DNA of 64,000 bases from Chrysomallon squamiferum. Its lineage: Eukaryota > Animalia > Mollusca. A program made the position numbers and the translations under genes. Below are positions 1 to 13,925 of the stretch, one piece after another (positions within the stretch are counted from its first letter, which is position 1; each line of letters starts with the position of its first letter). A model generated the notes under the pieces. It was not told the DNA's origin. It worked only from the letters and a program-made list of their open reading frames with translations, and did not search any database. The stretch is taken from positions 11,842,001 to 11,906,000 of the forward strand of contig CM022673.1 of assembly GCA_012295275.1 (NCBI GenBank). The letters run 5' to 3'.

Positions 1-150
1 GACGTCAGAGCGAGATTTCGCCTTGCAGACTGTGAACAGCGGTTTCGCGAGGGCCGAGTGAGAATGTTAACTTCTCCGTGATTACAGAGAGAAAACGATC
101 TGCAGCAACCCAGCCGAACCGTCAGAACCGAAGTTACAACAAGTGGGAAG
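1..150 (+). other. Putative non-coding (5' UTR) exon ending at a strong splice donor, possibly the leader exon of the downstream GPCR
   Basis: GC-richer stretch ending AAG|GTAAGT at 150/151, followed by T-rich intron-like sequence; no convincing ORF. The link to the GPCR is inference. Confidence 0.4.
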
Positions 151-256
151 GTAAGTTTTGTATTACTTAACTTATTTTTTTAACTTAAAATGTGATATGT
201 TAAGTGTATATACCGAAATCCACCTAATGATATACGTAACTGATTTTAAAATTTTA

Positions 257-291
<35 letters not shown>

Positions 292-1003
292 TATTTTTTT
301 TTTTAGGTTGTGCCACTTTTTTTATTTTTTTTTTTTTTTTAAATCTTATATTTTATCTGCTTTTATAAAAAAAATATTTCACATTTTAATCGTCTTATAA
401 AATTTCACTTTATTTTATGGTTTGGATTTTTGTGTTTTTTAAATCCTGTATGTTAGCTTTTGTTTTAAATAATCTTCCAGTTTAACACAGTTGCCAAAAG
501 AAATTTAATATAGGAATTCTTGGAATCCTAGCGTATCGTGTTTTTTTTTTTTTTTTGTGTTTTTTTTTTAAACGAATGATTTATTGCTTGTAAAGATTAT
601 ATTCCGGATAACTTTCTCGGTAGATAATTGCTTAATAATGATAACTGTATTTAGTTTTATCCACTGAATTTACTCAGATGATCATACCTTACCTAAAACC
701 ACCTGCTTTGAACCGTGAAATATGTTTCGGTAATTTAGTTTGTCTTCTCGATGTAATCTGGAGTCAGGTGTCGTCTGTAATGTAGTTACAACAGTTAGCT
801 GGAAAAACTGGGGAAGAAGTAAAAACTGAACTTTTTACACTAGTTACAAACACAGAGAGGCAAACCAGCTTCCTTTCTCGTGTACTGCATCGATAATGTT
901 CAGTTTTATATTCACTCTGTTAACAGCGTAATGATTTCTTTAACACTGAAGTTTTTATTTGTAGTTGCAATTCAAATTGCGAGAAAAATAGTTTTTACTG
1001 GTT

Positions 1004-1100
<97 letters not shown>

Positions 1101-1702
1101 CTACATAGCTACCTACGTTTCTACCCATCTATCTAACTATCTGTCTACCTGCCTATTCACCTAGTACCTACCTATAAAGATAATTAATTTCTTACATAAT
1201 TACACAGAACCATACATAAAGACATACACACACACACACACGTATGCATACATACATAAATATATGGACACATACTTACATACATACATACATACGTACT
1301 CTCACACATATATACGTAAATACATAATAATATACAAACACACATACATACATACACACCTTCATACACTTACATATACAGACACGTTAACATTTCTCAG
1401 CCAAATACACACGTAACACATACATACACACATATACACACGCAATCTTATACATTTTCAAAAAGACCATCCTTCTTAACAATAATGACCTCAAATAAGT
1501 GAATGATTTACGGGTATGACAGACACGTAATTACTGTTGCTTATCTCGTTTCCTGTGAGTCAGTGAAGTGTTGACTTCCACCTTCTCGCTGCACACTGAG
1601 ATAAGTAATAAGATGAAGAAGAAAAAAGCGTATTGACGATTTAACGGTGTTTTGAACCCAGAACTCTCTATCACTGCCTGTCAGCACTCGACAGGATGCT
1701 CC

Positions 1703-1885
1703 CAGGGGCGGATCTAGGGAGGGGGTGCACTGATACAGAACACCCCTACGCCCCTGCCTTTTTATTTTTTTTTTTTTTTTTGTTAGGATGAGAGGGAGGT
1801 GATGTTAACAAAATTTTATTATGAAAAGTTATATTGATCCCAAACCTGATTTCATCCTCTTTACGAAAGAATGGATCCGCCCTAG
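1703..1885. mobile_element. Short MITE-like element with imperfect terminal inverted repeats
   Basis: CAGGGGCGGATCTA (1703-1716) versus TGGATCCGCCCTAG (1872-1885): 11/14 reverse-complement match. A lone AGATCCGCCCC end also occurs at 40101-40111. No clear target-site duplication. Confidence 0.5.
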
Positions 1886-1906
1886 ACGCTGTTCCTTTGA
1901 GGTAAA

Positions 1907-1950
<44 letters not shown>

Positions 1951-2399
1951 AATCGGGATTCGGTCGTTAACCTTCGTTATGTATTTTTTATTTTATTTTC
2001 TTAACGATGTATCTACAGAAATAAGTTTGCTAAGTACTTAGCTTAATTTAGAACCAATATCAACACACGAAAGTGCATTATGTTCTGTCTTGTTTGTTGA
2101 CTTTGTTTCTGTTTGTGTAGACGACGCAGAATGTATGTATTTATAGTGTGTACTATTTATGTATGTTTATATGGTGTACATATGCACTTATTGTATAAGC
2201 GTGTATCGAAATAAGTCGAGAACACTCACTTAGTTTGAAACAGTATTATTAAAATGTATTTTTCCACAAATGACTTTTGGTTCGAAGTAAATGAAAAAAA
2301 AAAAAAAAAAAAATAAAAACTACAATGCAAAATTTGTACTGAAAACATAACGGCAATGAGAAATGAAGCCAAGTTAAGACATTTAACTGGTAAGTCGCT

Positions 2400-3480
2400 T
2401 GACGGATTACTTGTCTATATCGATGACGTCACAGGCTACATGCACAAATCAAATGTGCAAAGGCATGTGAAAGGCACGACTGGACAAAAAAGAAATGTTC
2501 ACAAAACAGTTCAGACTCTCAAACAAATTCAGCTTCTGATAGTGTGAAAGTAAATCGTAACGTTACATGTTCTAATTCCACTGGAAAATTATTTGAAAAA
2601 ACAGTAAAGAGCAATTTAAGAATCATTGCAATACAGCATTGTGGTTGGTTATGCAGGAGAGACCTGTGTCTGACTAGTAGTCCCTGATTACGTTACAGAA
2701 GAATAATGGGGTGCAGTTTATAAGTGGGGAAGGACAGTGACCACTCATGTAGGGACTTTGTTCACTATACTGCCCTAGATGTGGCTGTTGCTGAATGGAG
2801 GGGTTTAAAGAAACTTGTGGCAAACAAATTCATTCACTTCCAAAGTAAACAAGGCATGTGGTTGTCAAATATTCAGACACCATCACTCTGAATATCCACA
2901 CATTCTTCTTGTCAATGAAATCATCTTGGTGGTTGCACTTGCTAGTGCAAGAGTTGAGAGGGGCATAAGCGCTCTCAATCAGCAGTTGACAAATACCAGG
3001 TTGAACATGTCCAATTCTACACTGGATGATTTGCTGGTGATTAGAGTTAACCTGCCTGCACTTATAAGCTGTGATCCTTCATATGAACAAAAACTTACAG
3101 ACATAGCTGTTTCCCTGTATGCAGAAACAAAGAAAAAGACCAGATCTTGTACAATAGACAACCTGACTGTAGACTCATTGTCAGACTCACAAGACCCATA
3201 CTTACCTGTGCCCTGTTCAGATGTGACAAACATAACCTGCAATGAACTAATGTGTGTAGAGGACTTTCTTGCTGCTACAACCTCAGATTCAGAGGACTTG
3301 GAAGATGCTCGAAGTGAAACAGTTGATACTTCAGACACTGATGACAGTGACCACTCACAGTGCTAACTGAAACAAGTTCATGATTCAGATTCTCATATCA
3401 ATATTGTTTGATGAGTTTAGTAAAACAATGAAAAAACACACAAATTGTCATGATTTGTTTTATTGTATTGTTTAGTTATT
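2400..3480 (+). mobile_element. Decayed hAT-superfamily (ZNF862-like) transposase remnant with C-terminal dimerisation region
   Basis: ORF 2815-3366 contains EYPHILLVNEIILVVALASARVERGISALNQQLTNTRLNMSNSTLDDLLVIRVN, matching the hAT dimerisation pattern SA.xER.FS...T..R..L....L..LL.I..N. The upstream EWRGLKKLV...MW segment is in another frame (frameshift). Boundaries are approximate and no TIRs were found. Confidence 0.75.
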
Positions 3481-3653
3481 AAATGCAGTACACTATACCT
3501 ATACACAAAGTATTAATACAATGAGAACAATGATATGGATAAATAACAAATATATTATACTGTTCACCATGCATGTATGTAAGGGATTTCACAACAATAA
3601 TAATGGGAATCGTACACTTGATAAATTTCGATGCCTGTATAAGTATGTATGCA

Positions 3654-3689
<36 letters not shown>

Positions 3690-4561
3690 CGTGCGTACAT
3701 GTGCACTTAGGATATATGTTTGTAACTACTGCGTTTAATTTTGTATATAACCGTCGGTGTGCTTTCTACATATCTGTTTAGATGTCTCTATATCCATATA
3801 TAAGTATGCATATGTGTATAAAAATATGTGTATGTGCGTGTATATGTATGTAAGAATATACGAATGGAAGTATTTACATACACATCACTGTGTATGTATA
3901 TTTGCATTTACGTAGATATGTTTGCGTATATTTGTGTATGTATGTGTGTAAATACATATTGTTTTGTCTATCTGTGTATAACGGGAAACTCTGTAGGACT
4001 ATTGCAATGCTATTCTGTAACGAAGAAAACATCTGCAATTGCAAGCCAGTATTTTATAAACAAAGATAACATTCACTTGTATACACACACCCTTAATCAG
4101 AAATGCCATTTTCCTGCGGTGGTTGTGGAGTTGTATTTTTAGCCGTATGACCTAACACCATCAGAAACATGTTTAAAGTTACGTGTGCAATCTTTCCACA
4201 TGGTGTTAAGACAAGCTAGCGTTTCCGTGTGGTAAATATCACAGTGGTACGTTCAACGGTTAACTCGTCTGTTTTCAAAACCGTAAGTTGTAGGATCGTG
4301 TAGCGGTTAGGGCCCCAAGTCTGGAATAATTTGTTTTAGTAAGTTAATAAGACCAGTACTCGTCTATGTAAGCAATCCCGATAGTAGCTTCAAGTATGTA
4401 CTTAGTATACTGGTTAGAATATATGCTAGATGCTTAGTAAATTGCATGTCGGATTTTGTCTATGAACGTACTGTTATTGGTTTATCAAATATTGTTTTTA
4501 CTTTTCTCTCTTTGAAAAACACATTATACAGAAAAGAAATGCCCTTAATGTACATATATAC

Positions 4562-4625
<64 letters not shown>

Positions 4626-4654
4626 CTATATATATACACACATACACACACACT

Positions 4655-4685
<31 letters not shown>

Positions 4686-5284
4686 ACACACATATGTATG
4701 TATGTATAATTATACCTAAAACCTAATAACTGTAAATAGCAAAAGGTATACGATGTTAAGTTGTTAAATAAGTCGGGTTTCGGAGACAAGCGACACTTTC
4801 TAAACTGTTTGGTTAAGTGATTCTTAATTCAAAAAAGACATCGTTTGCTGACACTTTAAAACTTTCCCATGCAATTTCTAGAGAGATTTCAGCCGCTTTT
4901 AACCCAGTTTATATTCTTATCAGTAAGAAAATGTGTTCTGTATTTTTATCTGCCTTCGTATAAACTGTACTCGGTTTGTTACAGAAACAAGAATTGTTGT
5001 TTTGGTTTTATGTTAGTTTTATCTGAATATTAATAAAACAGTGAACATCAGCATCAACAACACAATAAAAATAAAAAATAATAATAGTTATCACGGTAAT
5101 GATGATGATGATTATGATGATAGTAGCAGCAGTAGTAATAATAATAATAATAGGAGCAGTAGTTGTTGTTCGATTGTTATTATTATCAGTAATAAATGTA
5201 GTATTAGTAGTTACAATAATAGTAATTTAGTGATAGTAATAGTAGCTGTAGAATTGTATCAGTAGTCATAGTCGTAATATTATT

Positions 5285-5343
5285 ATTATTAGTAGTAGTA
5301 GTTGCAGTAGTAGTAGTGGTTGTATTAGTAGTAGTAATAGTAA

Positions 5344-5375
<32 letters not shown>

Positions 5376-5527
5376 ATATTAGTATTAGTAGTGGTAGTTG
5401 CAGTAGTAGTAGTGGTTGTAGTAGTAGTAGTAGTAATATTAGTATTAGTAGTAGTAATATTATTAGTAGTAATGGTAGTTGCAGTAGTAGTAGTGGTTGT
5501 AGTAGAAGTAGTAGTAATAGTAGTAGG

Positions 5528-5576
<49 letters not shown>

Positions 5577-5680
5577 ATAATAATAATATTAGTAGTAGTA
5601 ATGGTAGTTGCAGTAGTAGTAGTAGCAGAGGTACTAGAGCAGTAGTAGTGGTAGTAGTAGTAGTAATGGTAGTAGCAGTA
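5285..5680. repeat. Degenerate (GTA/TAG)n trinucleotide microsatellite
   Basis: Directly visible; produces the spurious poly-Val ORF 5316-5645. A similar tract lies at ~15280-15605. Confidence 0.9.
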
Positions 5681-6470
5681 TTCTAAGACAGTTTTGATTT
5701 ATCACATTGTTACTGATGGTTATTTGATGGTACAAAATACTAAGCCAGACTTTGCTTTGTTTTGCTCGTTTTTCCTCTCATCCATCAAAACGTCCATTCA
5801 TCATTTGGCGTTTTCTACTTGAAGACGTTATTCTGCTACACTCTTTCATGTTTCCACTTCTCCCGTAGTCGCCTTTTTACCAAACAGACAACAGGAATCA
5901 TACAAGCAAAAGCAGGGCGTGGTTCTCTTTTTCTTTTCGTTACGTTTTTTTTGTCTCAAGTGTAATTGGTTCCCTGCTTCATCTTGACATTTGCCAGAAG
6001 TTTGCGGAACTGCGCGGCTACATTGTTCTATAGCGGTGAAATAAAAGAAGAAGAAAAAGAAGCTTTCCTGGGGATTACCGTTTTCTGATTTCGTTATTAT
6101 TCGTAAATAAATGTTTAGAAACAATTTCTTCAAGCTGATCCTCCTTGGATCGCCCATTAGAGAATTTCCCCGTTCAAGAATGCTTGGTGTGTGTGAACGG
6201 TTATAGAAGCTTGTTTTTCGCGGCTAAGTGGAGATGGTAATAAAGATCTCTGGCGAGTAATAAGCGAGGCCGTCCCGTACCGATATAGCAGCGGATTTCA
6301 TCTCTGAGAATTCTCCGCTATAAAATAATACGTTAGTAATTAATAACGACTGAAGTGTACATTTAAAGACGTAAACGAATATCTTAGAAATTTTGTGTGC
6401 TGTGAAGTAACTGTTTCATTTCTTTATTGTTAAAACTTGCTAATATGTGATCAAGTATATATATATATAA

Positions 6471-6515
<45 letters not shown>

Positions 6516-6703
6516 TATATTTTTTTTTTTTACTTTAACTGATTGTTTTCATTTCCTAATCTTTGCTAATTATTAAGTATGATAATGATGAAATATCTTC
6601 GAAACGATTTGCCATCTTTGTTTCATATTTTCTCGTGAACAGAAATATTAACAGTTTGAAAAATACATTTACAGCCTGTGTTTTGTCACAAACTTGTATT
6701 ATG

Positions 6704-6735
<32 letters not shown>

Positions 6736-7429
6736 AATGTTGTGTGTATGTGTGTTTCTCAGTTATACTATTACAGATACTGTATAATATCAAATTGTTT
6801 TGAGGATCTATTAAAATATTCATTTATTACTTAACTTATTCAATAAATACATAATTAAACGATAATTGCGGTTTTTTCTCTAAGACTTCGTAATTTACGA
6901 AACTTTAAAATAATACAAATATTTATTCATTCATTTATCTGTTTTTCCTTCTTTCATTCGTTGTTCCTTCATCAGTCCGTTCTTTTGTTTCTCTTCTTTT
7001 CTTCTTACCTTCCAATCTCTGCCAATTTATCAGGTAAGGTTTGTTCCCTGTAGGAGAGTAACGCTGCATCAAAACATTATCAAAAGGTTAACTTGTTCAA
7101 AACAACGCATTTAACAGTCTTAAAGTTTTAATTATTTTTAACAGAAAGATGAAAACAGACTCCCTCTTTCATTTTTGGCAGACAGTCAAATTTTCATTAG
7201 AACGGAAAAGATTTTCTTTGGAAACACATTTATTCCAGGAAACTATCAAGAGAAAAAAAAAAAAAAAAAAAAAAAGATCCCCCGATATTTTGAACACGTA
7301 ATTTATATTTAGAAAAGGATGTTGCCTACATCGCAAGTAAAAGTTCGCGAAGTAAAACTGTGATTAAGTACGATGATTGAAAAACAACAACACTATGACG
7401 AAAGCAACCACAACAACAACACGTAATAA

Positions 7430-7860
7430 AATAAAAATAAAACAACAACGACAAAAATAAACGAGAACGACAGAAAAAATTTAAAAAAAACTAAAAAAAA
7501 AAACCAAACATACAAATTAAGTAATAATAAAAAATAAATAAAAATAAAAATAAAAATAAAAATAAAAATAAAAATAAAAATAAAAATAAAAATAAAAATA
7601 AAAAAAAAATAAAAATAAAAATAAAAATAAAATAAAATAAAATAAAATAAAATAAAATAAAATAAAATAAAATAAATAAAATAAAATAAATAAAATAAAA
7701 TAAAATAAAATGTAATAATAATGAAACAAAAATAAAGATAATAAAAATAATAACAAAGATGACGACAACGACAAAAAATAAGAATAAAAATACAACAACA
7801 ATAAGAACGACAACAACAACAAGAAATAAAAATAAAAATAAAACAACAACAACAACAAAA
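7430..7860. repeat. (TAAAA)n/(TAAAAA)n low-complexity tract
   Basis: Directly visible; source of the Phe/Tyr/Ile-rich minus-strand ORFs. Confidence 0.9.
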
Positions 7861-9639
7861 GACAAATTTTGGACACACTGTTTTAAACTCATGCAGATAA
7901 CTATAGTAAATGTTGTATTTGCATGTTGGTTCTACAAAATTTCTACACCATATTTCAGAACCATGAAACTGGTTATACTGAATTTTGTTTGAGCAGGAGT
8001 TTCTATCAAGCTGCTTTTTCCAGATGTTTTCAACACAGTATTTTGAGTGTGTACATTCAAAAGTACTGAATGCTGCAATTAATACTTGTATAACTGTTCT
8101 AGGTTATTGTTAGTGCAGTATTATAAACTCATATAGTTAATTGTAATATGCTCATCAAGTCTAGATAAAAATGTTAATTAATAGTAAGGAGACTATACTG
8201 AATATTTCTTATATTGGAGATTAACGTTGAAATTTGATACACTCACACTCATTATTTCTATGATCAGTTTTGAAAATAACATTTTTAACATCTAAAATTA
8301 AACTCAATTAAACTATTTTTTTTTCAAGTTTCTATTATTACCATAAATCCTTTGTTTAAGAAAATCTGTGATATTATTAAAAAAAAATTTGTAGCACCTG
8401 TAATTAAAAGGACTTGTAATTCCTGTTAGAAACTTAATATGTTATTGTTTTCTGCAGGTCTGTTAATATCATAAATACTTGTTTCTGAAAATAACAATAT
8501 TTTAAACACCTATAATAATAATACGAAACTGAACTGGAGCTTAAAGCTGAAACTACATATACTGTTATTTTCGTTTTGCATTTATTATCATGAAGACTTG
8601 TATAAAGAAAACCTTTGTAATATTTATTAAACATCAACTTTATTGTACTAAAACGGAGCTTAAGGTAAAAGCCATTTCAAAGCAGCAAATACTGGAAATT
8701 TTATATACCACTATTTTTACAAACCCGTTATCAAACTCGATTTCTAAAGCACTATATTAAAAACTCTTTTTTTTCTTTTTTACGTGATACTTTCTAAACT
8801 TCCAAATCAGCATATCTCTGAAGCTGTATATAGCGTTATTTTTACAGATCCATTTATCGAAAACGTATTTTTGAGTCAGCAAATTTTCAAAACGTAATTT
8901 TAAACCCGGAACTTAACGCTGTCCATGTTGCTGCTTATCTCTCATACCTAAGTTGCCGTTGTTTCTATTTCAGCTACACATCCTTCAGTTTGTTTTGTTT
9001 TGCAATATTCTGTAACCGTTCGCTAAACTGTTTTGGCAGACGAGTTACGTATGAACGTAAGCGCTTTGAACGTCAGTTAACAGTCAGTTCAGAAGAATTC
9101 TCTCTAAGAGGATCCCTACCGCGAGATGATGAATAACAGTCAACATTTTGTAACGTATTACACGTAATTTGATAATTTTTAAACTATAGTAAATTGCCGT
9201 GTTAAAGTAAAATTTACAACTGTATATCTATATCTGTCTGTCAGTCTGTCTATCTGTCTATCGATCTGTCTATCTATATATTGTACTGACACATGGCATA
9301 TGTATGTATGTATAGTGAATATCTGTCCATATATATATATATATGTATGTATGTATGTATAGATATGTATAAATACATACAAAGATACACACATACAGAC
9401 AGACAGACAGACAGACACACACATATATATACATATGAACATTTATATGTTTGTATATAATAGTATATATATAGTATGTGTGTGTGTGTGTGTGTGTGGA
9501 TGTGTATGCATGTTTGTTTGTATGTATGTATATATATATACTGTGTGTATTTGATTGTATGTGTGTATGCATGTATATACTAACATAGACACATACATGT
9601 TCTAAGTACACTATTTCTTCACAGTGGTCTTTTCACGCT

Positions 9640-9978
9640 TTTACTTATTAATTCACAACTACCCTAACATTTCTCTCATTTGACAGGTATGTTCACAAAA
9701 ATACAGATTTACTTATTAATTCACAACTCCCCTAACATTTCTCTGATTCGACAGGTATGTTCACAAAAATACAGATTTACTTATTAATTCACAGGTACCC
9801 TCACATTTCTCTCATTTGACAAGTATGTTCACAAAACTACAGATTTACTTATTAATTCACAACTACCCTAACATTTCTCTGATTTGACAGGTATGTTCAC
9901 AAAAATACAGATTTACTTATTAATTCACAACTATCCTCACATTTCTCTCATTTGACAGGTATGTTTACAAAACTACAG
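9640..9978 (+). repeat. Tandem minisatellite, ~5 copies of a 68-bp unit resembling a complete mini-intron
   Basis: ACTTATTAAT recurs at 9643, 9711, 9779, 9847 and 9915 (period 68). The unit reads GTATGT...CTAAC-ATTTCTCTCATTTGACAG. Confidence 0.95.
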
Positions 9979-10384
9979 TTCCACGTGTAATGTTAACAAG
10001 TCCGCTAACTCAAGCATGTAAACAATGTTTTCTGATCTGTGCGCCAGATTTTTCATTGAAGTCCAAGGGCATGGTTAGGAAATACAGACTGTAAGCATTT
10101 GTAAAACACACCACAGTGCCAACTCGATCAGCTCCTTCGCTCGGGCGAGGTCATTCAAACCAATTTGTTCTTTTTGTTAGCAATTATTTGTTTGTTTTTG
10201 TTTGTTTGTTTTTCTCTCTTTCGTAAGCGCATAGCGATTGTCTTTGTATAATATGATGGGTGTATTTTAAGACTGTTGTCTTGTTTATAACAAGATTTGT
10301 ATCGAAATAGGGAAAAAGCTAAGGGAAAAGGTTGGTAAAATAAACAAACAAATAAATAAAATAGACTGAAATGAAATAAATGAA

Positions 10385-10447
<63 letters not shown>

Positions 10448-10456
10448 ATGAATGAA

Positions 10457-10495
<39 letters not shown>

Positions 10496-10583
10496 CTGGA
10501 TTTTTTAATTATTGTATGTGAGACTATTGTTTTATATTTCATTCTTCTCTCTCTCTTTCTCTTTCTCTCGCTCTCTCTGTTTT

Positions 10584-10665
<82 letters not shown>

Positions 10666-10944
10666 TGTGTGAATGTATGTATGATTATATAAACATGTAT
10701 TTATATTTATATATATATATATATGTATGTATATATGTGTGTGTATGTATGTATGTCTGTGTATATATATTAGATAAATATTCATTACTGTTCAAACAAT
10801 TATATTTCAACTTAAAATGATTATTACATTGTTCTTTCTACTTGTCCAATTGAATTCATTTTTTTTTTTCTTCCATGCTTATTTCAGGCGCTTAACGTTT
10901 AGTCTTTTCCAAGAATAACACTTTCTTTCCGAAAATAACCCAGA

Positions 10945-11095
10945 GGAAATAAAGCAGTGTTTGTTTAACGACAAGTTAGCACGCATATTTAAATCAGCAG
11001 CCATTAGTTGTCAGATACGGTTACCATGACAATTCATTTAACAACCTCGGCCCAGCTGAGTCTAGCTTCAGCAAGGGATCATTTATAAGACCTTT
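10945..11095 (-). mobile_element. Probable degenerate SINE-type interspersed repeat fragment
   Basis: Motifs TGTTTGTTTAACGAC...GTCAGATACGGTTA...CAGCAAGGGATCATTTATA resemble, from recall only, a gastropod interspersed repeat; a possibly related fragment lies at ~54330-54590. Not verified by search. Confidence 0.35.
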
Positions 11096-11130
11096 TCTCG
11101 AAAAACTAAGTTAATAAAAGTACAAAACAA

Positions 11131-11224
<94 letters not shown>

Positions 11225-11227
11225 TCT

Positions 11228-11301
<74 letters not shown>

Positions 11302-11814
11302 GTCTCTGTCTTTTTTTCTCTCTCTGCCGTTCACTCTGTCTCAGACTCTCTGTTTCTGACTCTCTCTGTTTCACTCTCTTCATTTTTTGTTCTGTCTAAG
11401 CCCATTAAAAATGGTCAGTTTAGAATCGCTTCTTTTTTGTGAAAGTGAAATTTATTTATGATGTTTTACGAATTATTTTGTTTATGTGTACGTCATCATC
11501 ATCATCATCATCGTCATGATTTATTTAAACAGTTGTCCTCTTGTTGTCAAAGACTGCTGGGTATAAATCTCTTCTTCAGAAAATTATCTGTGAAAACCTG
11601 ATAGAAATCAGTTATTATCATTATCATGACTGTTTTTGTCATTAGTGATATTATATTTAATTTTGTTGTTGTTATTATCATCGTCAATGTTGTTGTTATT
11701 ATTACATTAATAGAGGTAGGTAGAACATAATTTGTATTTTATACCAAAAAAACCCCCCATCTTTCTACGAAAACATATGTTGCATATTTTACTTTTGTTT
11801 TCTTCTATTTTCAG

Positions 11815-12722
11815 ATGTTGTTTCCAAACATAGCACGGTATGCGCAGTCAGCAAGGGAGATAACTGCAGCCTTGCTCGTCGTCTTCAACATCACCATCCT
11901 CATCGTCAACATTCTCATCATCGTCGCCGTGTTCAAAAGCGCCTGGCTGAGGAGATCGTTCAAGCACATCTTCGTGGTCAACCTCGCGGTGTGCGACGTC
12001 GTAGTGGGCTTATTCATCTGTCCACTGTACACCCACGTGACCCTGCACGGAGAGCGCAGTCTGCCGTGTTCCACGATCAACGCGTTGAGGTTCTTCACCG
12101 TTTCCCTCATTCCGTCCATTTCCACTCTGGCCCTGCTCGTCGTGAACCTCGACTACATTTTCAAGCTGACGTGGTATCACTACGCCAACGCCACACACAA
12201 CGCGAGGATCTTCTTCACGCTGCTGCTGATGCCGTGGATCCTGACGTTCGCGGTCCTCGTGCCTCTCTACTTCGACGCGACGACGACCCGGACTCCGGAG
12301 GGCAAGCTGCTGTGCGTCCGCGCGCTCAGGTCCGACTCGGCGTCTTCGGTGGCTTTCGTGACGCTGAGCTTCTTTCCGCAGGCGGCGCTCGTCTTCGTGT
12401 CGTTCATCGTCGCCCAGGTGCTGTACCTGTTCTGCCGGAGGAACACGGGCCTGGACGTGATGGGCGAGCGCGTCAGGGCACCGGTCGACCTGGTCACCGC
12501 CAGCTTCGTCACCATCCTCTTCCTCGCCCCTTCTTCACCCTGATGTCGCCCGTCGGGAAGACGGGCTGCGAGACCGCCGACGAGTGCCACGCCTTGAACT
12601 GGGTCGCCATCGTTGGGTTCTGGCTGTATTTCGCCAAGTCGTTCACGGTTCCGCTCTGCTGGCTGTTTTGCCGAGATCTCCGAAACGCTATTGTGAATAT
12701 TACAAACCGGTCCATGCGCTGA
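11815..12722 (+). CDS. Divergent rhodopsin-family (class A) GPCR, single coding exon, with one -1 frameshift (~302 aa if repaired)
   Basis: Acceptor TTTCAG directly precedes the ATG. TM1 VNILII, TM2 NLAVCD, Cys at the top of TM3 and in ECL2, TM4 W, TM5 FFP, TM6 ...LAP|FF, TM7 KSFTVPLCW and helix 8 RDLRNAI. Adding one C to the run at 12527-12530 joins ORF 11815-12543 to the C-terminal frame ending at 12722. Confidence 0.85.
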
Positions 12723-13147
12723 AATGATTGCTGAAAAAAACTCTCCAACAACACGAGTGTGAGAAAAAAAAAAAAAAAAAAAATGATTGAAGATGAAGAT
12801 GAAGATTATTTCTGAACTGAAAGACATATATTGTGGAACGAACCAAGTCCGATGGAATTTTTGCTATTTTTTTTTTTTTTTTAATTAATGAATTGTTTAA
12901 GTCGATTATGATGCTATGTGAAAATCTGTTACTGTGTATTGTTCAAAGTTTTAGATTCAGAGAAAACGACTGGAAATGTCAAACACGCTAAGAGATTCGG
13001 GTATCCAGAGGAGAATTAGAAAGAAGAACGAGAGAAATACTGATTACTTGAAACTGTTTAAAATGTATTTCTTCGATATTTGTTACTTACCTAACATCTG
13101 TCTCTTTGTTTTATGATCTGTCTGCCTGTCTCCCTATCTGTTTGTTT

Positions 13148-13280
<133 letters not shown>

Positions 13281-13815
13281 ACAGTAACATCTTTCTTTGG
13301 TACAAGTCACCTATGTTGTTTTTGAATATAGTTTTGGTTTTATTATTTAAACTTTAACTTTCCTTTAGTTAAGAACACAGCATGGTCGGTAAGGCAGGAT
13401 TTTAACACATTGTTCTTGCAAGAGTTTGCTCCCCTGATTATTGTTTTTGCCATTATTAAGTTCGTTTAGTTTCTAGATATTTCGAAGTTGTATTTATGTG
13501 GTAGTTTTATATGTTTCAAATATATATTTAATTATTTTGTTTGTTTTTTTGTTGTTGTTTGTTTTGGTTTTTGATTTTATATTTTTAGACTATTACATAG
13601 GTGTTATCTATATTATTTGTTGTGTTATAGATTTCATTGCAACAAATTGTAGTTGATTGTAAACAGTTATTCCATATTTCACTTGATTATCAAGAACTTT
13701 TGTTATTATTATTGATGTTATTATTGTTATTGTTAATATTACTACTATTATAATTATTAATCTTCTTCTTCTTCTTGTGATTATTATTATTATATTATCA
13801 TATTTATTATTATTA

Positions 13816-13886
<71 letters not shown>

Positions 13887-13887
13887 G

Positions 13888-13925
<38 letters not shown>

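Noticed and set aside
9640-9978. CRISPR-like array
   Set aside because: The units are contiguous near-identical 68-mers with no unique spacers; the context is eukaryotic and no cas genes are present.
11991-12827. Overlapping ORFs on both strands of the GPCR as separate genes
   Set aside because: Explained by high GC3 suppressing off-frame stops; only the 3' part of 11991-12722 is the true GPCR C-terminus.
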